From contig NOWV01000174.1 in the NCBI GenBank assembly GCA_003344405.1, positions 124,001-167,265 of the forward strand: 43,265 nucleotides of DNA. Reading direction: 5' to 3'. The translations under genes and the position numbers were made by a program. The stretch's first letter is position 1. Each line of letters starts with the position of its first letter. Below the pieces are notes generated by a model. It ran no database searches and was not told the origin of the DNA. It was given only the letters and a program-made list of their open reading frames with translations. This document shows, piece after piece, positions 26,001 to 38,000 of the stretch. This DNA comes from Trichoplax sp. H2 (Eukaryota).

Positions 26001-29000
26001 ATTTATTATTGTATAGCCAATATAACTAGTTACTTACAATTTTTCCAATCTTGAAAAGTTACAGATTTCTCCGTTAATAGATTTCAAGTTGTTCCGTGTG
26101 ATAATCCTAATAAAGATTCAGTACCAATAGTGCTTCTTAACTCAAATCGTTAGTTGGAATTGTTAACTTATCATACCATTTTATAGCTTAAAATGGATTA
26201 CAATTGTTTCACTTACAACTCTTTCAAAGATAATAAACCAGCAAATGCTTTATTGCTAATAATCCTCAATCGATTGCTACTTAAATCTCTACAATAATCA
26301 AAATGAGCTTATAACGTTACAATAGATCAAGTTGATGTAATTTTATCATGTTTCCTAGCAATCATCATTCCAGTAATTAAATTCTGCATTACAGTAGATG
26401 TTAAGGTAGTAACTTACAATTTCAGTAACGCTGATAAACCTAAAAAACTATTGTCCTGTATCTCACGCATCCTATTTCCTTCCAGGCTTCTGTGGGATAA
26501 TTATCAGCTAATAAGCTATCATTTTATATACTTATGCATAATAGTTGTTGAACGCTAGTATGCAAGCAGAATCATATATTTCAATTCATTTCTCTTTTTG
26601 AAATCATGCGAAATGAAAATCATGGTATTTGAATTCAATTTAGAATATAAGTGTGAAAGTTCATTTTAGACATCGTAAAATGGTAATATATGGTATATTT
26701 CTCTAGACCGATTATATAGTTATATATGGAGGGGCAGCATGCTTCTATTGCGACGGTAAATCATTGGCTTAGGAACAGTAAGCAAATAAATCCTGTGCGC
26801 ATTCGGTTCCGTTAGGTAAAACTGAGGGCTCTAACAAGTAACATTCTGATAACAGAACTGTACAAATTTGCCACTGCTAATATTTCCCTACTAAATTAGT
26901 TTTCAGGAAGGAGTTTTTTGCATACTTACGGTATAGATGTACAATAAAATTAATATGTTTATCCAATGATATAATGTATCAAAAAGAAATTAATTTATGA
27001 TCAAATATGATAGTAAGATTTACCCCAAATTATTCGTGAATTTAATACCAAGAAAAGGCTACAATATTAGACTGTCATTTGCGAAAGAAAAGTAAAATCT
27101 CTACCTGACATACGTCTTCTTAACAATCTAAGATATTAAATTTTTACTTTTATATATATAAGTTTAGGATAACTGCACGGCACGAAGTTGTCACGGTACG
27201 AACTACCGTGAAGAAATAGCTATCTAAATTTGGTTAATATAGTATAGTGATATTATATTACAACTAGTTACTTACAATAGGAGTTACTCTAATTATAAAT
27301 GTGTTACAGTAAATTTATTGCTGTGCTGTAATATGTGCTGAAATGATTCTGTGAATGGACATATTGTAGTCCGACTGTGAAAAACTAGTTAGTAGATGTT
27401 CTCACCCAAGTGTTATTATAAGNNNNNNNNNNNNNNNNNNNNCCCAAATTATTCGTGAATTTAATACCAAGAAAAGGCTACAATATTAGACTGTCATTTG
27501 CGAAAGAAAAGTAAAATCTCTACCTGACATACGTCTTCTTAACAATCTAATATATTAAATTTGTACTTATATATATATATATATATATATAAATTTAGGA
27601 TAACTGCACGGCACGAAGTATGCAATAGTAAATGGCTATCTTGACTTCGTTTTTAAACTGAAATAAACTCCGTAAATATAAATGCTTTAAAGGACAAAAA
27701 AAGACACAAGTGGAAATAGTTTTAGGGCACTAGGATTATTTTCTTATTACAGATAAAACATTTAGACTTTAAAATGAAATACTAAAGAATAACTATCTAT
27801 AAATGTAGAGCAAATACTCATAAGCTGGATTGCCCAAAGTTGCTTCAATAAAAATTAATTTAATAAATCTATCTCAATAAATTATTGCTGATGAAATGAC
27901 TGGCACTGCTTCTAATATTGAAAGATTTTGACTTGGTCGGTTGATATTTCGCTCAGCATTTAAAAATTATCAACTGTTACTGATCCATCTCAAGTTAGAA
28001 ATGACGCTATAAACCATCTGCGATAGAAGATACAGGTAAAAAATTTAAGGTATTTGCAATAGCTGGATAAGTTTCAACTTACAGTTCCGTTAAATTTTGT
28101 AAGAAGCTACAATCACTTGTTGGCAATCTATGTATTCGATTGTTTGAGAGCGATCTTATTTAGGATAAAGAGAAATTTTAGAAAGTGTTTGTGTAGACTA
28201 GTATAATTTTAGAGAAACTAAGAAAGCTTTTAGTCAATAAAGGTACTTACAAGGTTGTCAATGTAGGTAGTTTAGTAAAACATTTTACATTAAAATCTTG
28301 AATCTGATTATTGGAAAGCCGTCTAAATAGTTTTCCAGAAAATGTTTCTTATTATTTTGCTACAAATATTCATATTCGATTAAAATGTTAAGAATTGCAA
28401 ATTTAGATAATGTCTATTCTTGCATATTAAAGCTATTACAGTAGGAAACAGCTAAATTTTGTTATCCGACGCTATCATATTAACCCTGTAATATATATCA
28501 GCACTGTAAGAATCAGTTTATTTCGTAATATTTGACTGTATATTCCAAATTTGGTTAAAAACAGCCAGAAAATAGATTTTAATCTTCATCTTGTTGCGTG
28601 TTAGATAATAATACATTTAGTAAGAGGGAGCTGACTTTACATCATTTTACTAGCATATATAATATGCATTTTAAATTGATCAGGTGCAAATTTGAAAAGC
28701 TAATGCACATGTGTTACAGTGTTAAATACTGTATTACAGTAGAAATAACTATGTTAGGATAATTCTGTTAGACTATCCTTATTTAGTTAACTTCTAATTT
28801 GGATATACTGTATTTTAATATAGCACTGACTTTTTATGACAGTGACACTTATACACATACTGAAATTATAATAGTTATAATAGGGAATGCAAATCATCTG
28901 CTTACAGTTCGAATCATTGTGATTGTAATTTACTTATGATAGACTGTAAATTATCATGGAAATGTTCCGTGATAGGACATATCGTAATCTGACTATTCTG

Positions 29001-32000
29001 TATTAGTTATTACATGTCTATGTTCGTAAATACTGTTGTCTGCATTAAGAGAGCAGTAGCTAAAATTAATATCTAATTCAGTAAATGATTCTAATGTTAA
29101 TTGTATTAACTATGACTCATGAACTATTGAGGAATAGTATATAAATGCAGTATATCGTGAAATAAAGAAGAATTGTCCAACTTAGTGTTTAACGTAAAAT
29201 ACGAGGCGTTTAAGTCTGTGTGTAGTCTGCTAGTAGAGCAAAAGTGCTCGTGNNNNNNNNNNNNNNNNNNNNAACCCTGTAATATATATCAGCACTGTAA
29301 GAATCATTTATTTCGTAATATTTGGCTGTATATTCCAAATTTGGTTAAAAATAGCCAGAAAATAGATTTTAATCTTCATCTTGTTGCGTGTTAGATAGTA
29401 ATACATTTAGTAAGAGGGAGCTGACTTTACATCATTTTACTAGCATATATAATATGCATTTTAAATTGATCAGGTGCAAATTTGAGAATCTAATGCACAT
29501 GCCTATTAAGCTGTAATTTATCTAATCTGATGAAGCACCGTCTCCTATATTTTTCTAAGCTAACCATTGTTTTAAATGTAGATAAGATCGAATAATTACT
29601 ATCTTATAGCCAACTATCAAATTGAATCAGAGTCTAAAATACGGTTAATTTTATGATATTTGAATATGGTGTTCGTACCATTGTGACTGATTATTATCGT
29701 ATAAATCAGTATTATTAATGTTTATCTTCACATATAGTGCCAATTCGTAATTAGTATATCATTGTAATGGTTACTGTATAACTTCAAAATCATATGATTA
29801 ACTGAATCGGGTAGTAAAAAATCCGATAGCTAAGTAATGATAGAATGTTGTATGTTATGGTTCATGTATTTTATGTTCAGCTCCAAACCAAAAATTCAAG
29901 TACTTTCATAAGAAACTTTTCATAATCATACAAACGCCGACGAATCGAATAGATTCTATAATTATGTCTACATCTTATCACTAGAATATAACGAGGTTTA
30001 ATCAGCAAAGAAATTATATTTTTAGTAATCTTACAAAGTCGATAAACTGTGTAAGCCCTCAAAAAAAGTATCTTTTAAGGTAGTCAATTTATTCCTGGAT
30101 AGATCCCTAATGGTAAGTAAAAATTAGACTTAATATTAATACGTAACAAATCCAGGGTAAATTAAAAATCTAAAAGATAACCAAACTGTTTCAAATATTA
30201 AAGTCAAATTATTCTTCTATCCATGCTACTACAGTTCACAATATATCTCGAACTAAAACGAAGGCAATTATATTCGACTATTTTAAGCAGCCAACATTTT
30301 TCTATCGTTGCCGATGAATTAGCAACGTTATTAGATAATATCGATTAAATATTCTGTAGTTAAAGCCATTAATTGGCATTAAATTTCAGTAGATTGGATA
30401 GAAAATTAGAATATTTGTATTTAAAAGCATTTAGCATACAATCATAAATTTGTAAAAAATATTCAACAACCGCTAAGTTTGTAGTCTTACAATGTCGTTA
30501 GTTTTGGCAAATAATAGAATTGCTCCTGCTGCAATGTGCTCAATTGATTGGATGATAATATCCTTGATAATGACCGAAAATGGATCTTGTTAACTGAGCT
30601 AAAAGTTGAATTTTAAAACAATTAATAGATCAAATTTCAATCTTACAATGAATGAAGACTATCTAAACCAAAAAAGGCATTCTTATCCATGTAATTGATC
30701 CGATTGGAGAATAATTCCCTAAATGGATATGAAACCTTGTTATTCATTCGCGTTGTAGCCATATTGTACTCGTATGATGCAAATTAAGGTATTTCAATTA
30801 TTGGGTAAAACAGGTTCGTTATCAGTATACAACGTTAGAGTTAATCTAAATTCTCAGTGTTTCATATCTTGTTTGCTATCTCGATATTACTCCAGTCTAA
30901 GATATCTGTTCGACATTAGTTTTTTGCACAAACGGGTAGGATAACTATATGATCATCATACGGTATACATGCAAACCACTAGAGATTGGCTACGGTGTTA
31001 CATTCGTTGGGACAACAATTATAAAAATGTAAATACTAATATATCTTTTACTAAGAATGAATGGAAAAAATATCGGCAGAACATTTTCTTTTATACTTAC
31101 AATCTTTCAAGTGAGGATAATTCTTTAAATATATGTCCTTCTAGTTTTTCAATATAATTGTGAGGCAAGAAACTAAGAAATAAATGCAATAATTAAATAA
31201 GCTCTTTTCGAGATCAATGTAATTTGTTTTCTTCACATAGGCAGCAAAAAACGAAAACCTTAATCACAACGGATCGTAATTACTCTACTGTAATTGTCGT
31301 TGTGATGAAAAGATCAAACTATAGACAACCACATTTAATATTTATAGAAATTAATGATGATCAGATATTTCGATAATGAAAGATTTATAGTAAATCATCA
31401 TTAAAGACAATAGCTTAAAAATGATTCCAGAACAATTTGGCTAGATGATCAAGTTCCAAAGTAATAGCTCTATTTGCAATATAAGAATTGCCTGTATTTC
31501 AGATTTGCAAGTCTGGGATAATGGAGTACTTTACAGGTGTTTTCGAACTGAATTCAATCAGTGAATAAGTAAACTAACTAAATGATATTTTCCAGCCTAA
31601 GCTGAGTGTAACTTATCCTTCGATATTTTGTTCAATAACAGTTGCATGTACATTCGAAGTCAGCACTGTACTGTATATAAAGCTTGGTCTAAGTGATAAT
31701 ATTGTCGTCAGGCATGTAAAAACTAAATTTCAGATCGAAGAAATTATCCTTAACTTGATTTATTTTTTAATTAAAGTAGTGTAACGTTGCAACCAATTAT
31801 TGCATTGCACATTAAATTGTTTGTTTTTTTAAGAAATAATTATCGATGAGATTATCGACACTATTATTCAAATAAAATTTTAACTGAATACCAACTTATT
31901 TTGATTACGTGTACTTACAGCGTATTTAGTTGAGATAATCCTGTAAATGTCTCGTTTTTAATTTCCGTTAGATAATTGTTGCTAAGAATTCTTATTAAAG

Positions 32001-35000
32001 AAGATATTTCTTACGAAAGTGATAGAATAAATTAAATAACATAGTCCTTAATAACTGTCCTCTAGGATCTTACAAAATTGATAGTTTCGTCATATTGGCA
32101 AAATTGAATTTTTCTAGTTCTTTGATTTCGTTTGTGGTTAGTTCTCTGTTATAGCAAAGAATTGTATACTTTAACTAATGTTTATAGATAATGTAGAACA
32201 CATCTATCTAAAAGCTTGGTACCACTACTGAATCTCGCTTATGGACTAAAGAGTATATAAACTTACAATGTTCTGATAGCTCCTGCTTGCCCTTTTAAAG
32301 CCATCAGGCTAGTTAAATTATTCAAAGAAACCTTTCTAGAAAGTTTAATGCCATATATATATATATGAATTTTATGCGCAGTTAGTAAAGTATAAGCTAA
32401 AACTGACATCACACATCGATATAAATTAGCTATTTTTACAAATTCAGTAAGCCTGACAAGCCATTTAAAAATCCTTCGCCAATTTCTCCAATTCGATTAG
32501 CATCTAAATGCCTTTAAAATTGATCAATTGGAACAAATGGTAACTATTTAATTAAATAATGTACCCATGTATGGTAATGTTATTAATTTTTTTTCCGTAT
32601 TTCTCAAACTAACAGAAAATTCAATTGATGAAGATCTTCAAATAAATTGTCTGGTAAATATTGAATCTGGTTGTCTTGTAAATCTCTGTAACAGAATTTC
32701 GGATCAGAATGATGCTAATTATGGTGGCAAAAAATAATCAATCTATATTGTTTCTTGGAATGCTACTTGTATTGATTAAAATCTCGATTAATGAATAGCT
32801 ATTGCAACTGTGCTCATTAAAGTCTATATTGTAGTATTTAGAGTTTTTTACAATATTACTAAATTTGTTCATGAAACTTTTCTTAACAGAGCATAGGACA
32901 AGGATCCGGTTATTATTTTTCAATAATTTGCTATTTCATATACGTCACGGTACGAATCACCGTAAAGAGTAAATGATTAAATTTAGTGGTAAACATTTAT
33001 ATATAGAGAAAACTAATAATGACTTACAGTAAGAACTACGATAGTTATTATTTTATTACAGTAAATTATACTGTACTGTAGCAAGAGTTCTTATACGGTA
33101 ACTAATGNNNNNNNNNNNNNNNNNNNNATCTATGTTAGGATAATTCTGTTGGCCTATCCTTATTTAGTTAACTTCTAATTTGGATATACTGTGTTTTAAT
33201 ATAGCACTGACTTTTTATCACAGTGACACTTATACACATACTGAAATTAATAGTTATAATAGGGAATGCAAATCATCTACTTACAGTTCGAATCATTGTG
33301 ATTGTAACTTACTTATGGTAGATTGTAAGTTATCGAGGAAATGTTCCGTGATAGGACATATCGTAATCTGACTATTCTGTATTAGTCATTACATGTCTAT
33401 GTTCGTAAATACTGTTGTCTGCATTAAGGAAGCAATAGCTGTAATTAATATCTAATTCAGTAAATGATTCCAAAGTTAATCGTACTAACTATGACTCATG
33501 AACTATTGAGGAATAGTATATAAATGCAGTATATCGTGTAATAAATAGAATTCTCAAACTTAGTGTTTAACGTAAAATACGAGTCGTTTAAGTTTTCGTG
33601 TAGTCTGCTAGTAGAGCAAAAGTGTTTGTGATAGTGCAGATATCGTTCCTTGATACGTGGTTCAAGGAATTGACTTATTGATCGTACATTACGTTATCTT
33701 GTAGCAAAGCTGTTTTGTGACAGATATAGAAATATCGCAATGAAATTAATTTTATGCTACGGACATGAATTGTTGTAGCTAGTCGTATGTCAATATCACG
33801 GTACGAACCGCCGTAAAGAGTAAATGATTAAATTTAGTGGTAAACATTTATATATAGAGAAAACTAATAATGACTTACAGTAAGAACTACGATAGTTATT
33901 ATTTTATTACAGTAAATTATACTGTACTGTAGCAAGAGTTCTTATACGGTAACTAATGTTAATTGATTATAATGTTATGCCATGTAACGTTTGTGATGAA
34001 TATCCTGAAGATATTCAGTTACAGATGATACTATAAATAATTCTGAGTATGAACATACTATAATCTAATTATCTAGAATCGTTCAGTACATGTCTAAGAT
34101 TATGAATAATTTCTGTATTAATTTAGCTATACAATATGAACTAAATTTCAAGAACTACTGTTATGACTGATACATGATAGCTGCTGCTGAAGAGTATTTA
34201 AGCTCGGCAAATAGTTGAATAAAGAAGAGTTCTATAGTTGTTTAACGTAGAAGCAAAGGCGTCTAAATTCTTGTGAGATAGTTAAGGGATACTGAATTCC
34301 CAAGACTATAGTGATTTAGAGATTTGCTATACGTTATCTTTGTCACGAAGCTGGTTTGTGACTGTATATTATCAAATGTTAAATTTGATATTTTGGCTTC
34401 AATAATGTATTCTTTGAATTGATACAGCTTTCAGACATGAGGAGTTTAAAAGATCAAAATATGAATAAATTGTTAAAGTTATGGACCCTGTGAAATGTGG
34501 AAATAAAATTTCTAATATAATTCTAGTACATGTGTATTCTAAAGGAGTTTAGGTTATGCCGCTAATTAATCAATAACTATTTTCTATCAACGATCTGATT
34601 AACAATAATTTTTAAAATACATATGAGAATCTGAATATTTTATCAATCCGTAAAAGGTCTTGACTTAGTCCTATAAATCCTGCAGCGCTATCGCATTAAT
34701 CAAAGTTCTAAATATATTTTAGTAAACGATTTTAAATACGCTATTACTATCTTACAATGTTAAAAGCGACGATAATCCCTTGAAGTGTAGAGGTTCGACA
34801 GACTTTAAACGATTACTTAGCAAGAACCTAAGAAGCATTAAAGTGAAGAATGACGCGGTCAATTAAGTGCATTACTATTTTTGTAAATAATGCGCTATTA
34901 ATTCTTGGCAAGAACCTTCTGATAGTTAGAAGTAGACATCATTAATGTAAGCTAATGCTATTCAAAATGAATCTAAGCAGTGCAGTAAATTAAAAAGTAG

Positions 35001-38000
35001 GTATGAATGCTAGAAAAAGCTATGAAACTTCCAGATGAAATGCTAAGGATTCTTGGTAAGAATATAATTTATATGGTAAAATAAATAGCCTGTATGACTG
35101 ATCAATAGGCCGGCTAAAACATCAAATGAAGTTTTAATTAAATACATTTAGGTAAGCAACTATCCCAGACTATGAAGTAAGCAATACATAAACATGTGCG
35201 TATATCAAATAAAAGCAATATCCTATAGTAAAATATAGATATAACTGATTGAAATTGATACAATAACGTTGCATAGAATGATAAAATTGCTTCAAATACG
35301 AATCGGTTGGCAATTTCATTATTGGAGTGTTACAGTGTTATTACTGTATTACAGTAGAAATATCAATGTTAGGATAATTCTGTTAGACTATCCTTATTTA
35401 GTTAACTTCTAATTTGGATATACTGTGTTTTAATATAGCACTGACTTTTTTGACAGTGACACTTATACACATACTGAAATTAATAGTTATAGTAGGAAAT
35501 GCAAATCATCTACTTACAGTTCGAATCATTGTAATTGTAATTTACTTATGGTAGATTGTAAGTTATCATGGAAATGTTCCGTGATAGGACATATCGTAAT
35601 CTGACTATTCTGTATTAGTCATTATATGTCTATGTTCGTAAATACTGTTGTCTGCATTAAGGGAGCAGTAGCTAAAATTAATATCTAATTCAGTAAATGA
35701 TTCCAATGTTAATTGTATTAACTATGACCCTGAACTATTTAGGAATAGTATATAAATGCAGTATATCAAGAAATAAAGTAAATTCTCAAACTTAGTGTTT
35801 AACGTAAAATACGAGGCGTTTAAGTCTTTGTGTAGACTGCTATTAGAGCAAAAGTGTTTGTGATAGTGCAGATATCGTTCCTTGATACGTGGTTCAAGGA
35901 ATTGACTTATTGATCGTACATTACGTTATCTTGTTGCAAAGCTGTTTTGTGGCATGGAGTAAGAAGTAATGCCTCAACTACATTATGTGCATATTTCGAA
36001 ATATCAATTATAATAGGCTATATCTTCATCTTAGCTTCATAACTAAAGGAGCAGAACTGAATTTTGAAAAAGCTAATTAGTTTTTAAAAACTTACAAGAA
36101 ATGTAGCTGGGTTAAATTAGCGAATTGATAATCAGCTAATTTAGAAATTCTGTTATATCCTAAATGTCTATAAAAATTGTAAAATTTTAAAGATCAGTTT
36201 TCGTCAATAAGTTATTTAATAGAAAAGATAAAAAAAATTCGTTTATTATTGCCATACATGTAGAAAAATTTACTATAATTAATTCAAGAACTTACAACAA
36301 ATTCAGCTGTTTAAGATATCTAAATAAGCTAGGATCCAGTTCTTCAATCGTATTTCTTTCTAGTGATCTATTTATATTAATAATATTAATGCAGATATAT
36401 CATTACTTTTTATGCTACTACTAGTTTCTCTTCTTATCGGTACATAAATGATGATTTACAATGTTGAGAGTTGAGTCAAATTGTTAAAGGAATCTGGAGC
36501 TATACGCTGAATTTTGTTGGAGCCAGCATCGCTGTAATATAGGGTAAGATAGTAAAAGTTAAAATTAACCATTTCATTAATTTAAACTATAATGATAGAA
36601 TAAGATTAATCAAGCGGTTGAACACTTGGATATGAAAAAGGCTTAATGAAACACGAGGAATCATGTCCAAGCGACTACAAAAGTCCAATGGCAGTTGCCA
36701 TGAAAATATTATTTTAGAAACATAAGTGTATACGAAAATGCTTTACTGATACAGTAGGAGTATTAGCCTACAAAGTCCTCAGTCCAAAGAATGCTTTCAA
36801 ATTTTCCGGCTTTAGTTCTTTGATCAAATTATCTTTTAACAAACTAGTGTGTAATTCAACAGAAATAATTAAATTAATATGATGCCTTGTTACTTCCCGA
36901 TGATTATTCTTTAGAAAATAGAATTAAAGTATCCAAATATATCATATGGTCATGAAAGTGTACATAATCTATCTATGAATTTGATTCAATAATTCTAGGG
37001 CACACAGAATCAATACAATATTGCTATCACTCTTGATATCCTTTTCTGTATTAATGTACGGACATTGAATATTATTTTGTTAAGTTATCCCTTCAAAACT
37101 GACTGAAACTCTTTTCGTTATGAAGGTTACCCTAATCGCCTACGTGTATTATAGATGATATACAAAGCGAATCCCACATGCAAGATATACAGCTGTATTT
37201 TAAGTAGATACGTGAATGGCTGGCAGATATTTTTTATATGCATTTGTGACGATATATATCATGCAAGATTTTGTAACAAAATCGAACGACAAGGAGAAAA
37301 TATGCTTACAGCGTAAACTATTATCGTTATCATTCTATAAAGCGCCAACGGTAAATTTAAAATGTTAAATTTAACAACTTACTAAATTTTCCAAATTGAT
37401 AAATCGACTTTTGGTACGTTGATTAGTTCATGTAATGAACAATCTATTTTTTCCGAATCACATTTACATACAGCCGGGCAAGTGATATTAACTGTGGATG
37501 AAGCAAAAATAGTTGTTAAGAGTACATTAAAACCTATCAAATTAATCTGATATTCCTTACCGCACATTTCAATATAATTGTATATTGAACATCTGCGAAC
37601 GACTGGATCAGTATTTATAAACAATGGTGACGAAAAGCAACAATTTACTTCTTTACAAATTTTTTTCACTGGATAACCTATCAAATAATTTATTGTAGGA
37701 CAATTTTCAAAATAAATCAATTATTATGACAACTCTGACCGATCTAGTTGCTTACTCAATAACAATCTAGTCTATTTAAAGTTATGGAACAGCTAAAAAT
37801 ATTTGTTACCCAGATCTTGAGACTCATTTACCCGTCGGTATTGCAACCATTTATAAGCTGGTTCATTGATAAAGAAAATAGGAAAATTAATTACTAGACG
37901 TCTTAGCTGGAATGAATTATGATTATATATTTTTTATTAATGAACAAAATCTATTAATATGTAAAATTGATTTATTACAACTTTTTATATATACCGCAAT

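Larger units (their letters stand above)
27024..27619. repeat. Direct duplication of flank around gap 1 (27024-27188 vs 27443-27619); probably two haplotypes
   Basis: Near-identical copies differing by a few SNPs and (TA)5 vs (TA)12. The second copy starts immediately after the N run at 27423-27442. Confidence 0.85.

Noticed and set aside
31535-31596. Donor/acceptor pair resembling another LRR exon
   Set aside because: 62 nt, not a multiple of 3, with in-frame stops.
33180-33371. 63-aa ORF repeated at 42865-43056
   Set aside because: Lies inside the LTR-like repeat, has a TTG start, and the frame is disrupted by indels in the other two copies.
32943-34363. Two B copies as the paired LTRs of a full-length retrotransposon
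   Set aside because: No PPT before 33794, no PBS in either orientation and no internal ORF; the gap hides the interior.
20615-36843. Regularly recurring CTTACAA...CT motifs as a CRISPR-like or tandem repeat array
   Set aside because: They are minus-strand splice donors and acceptors of LRR exons.
37383-37720. Treating the 112-aa ORF (or the ATG at 37567) as the receptor's first exon
   Set aside because: Better explained as two exons with an in-frame 69-nt GT-AG intron, since a phase-compatible LDLa exon lies upstream. An alternative start is not formally excluded.
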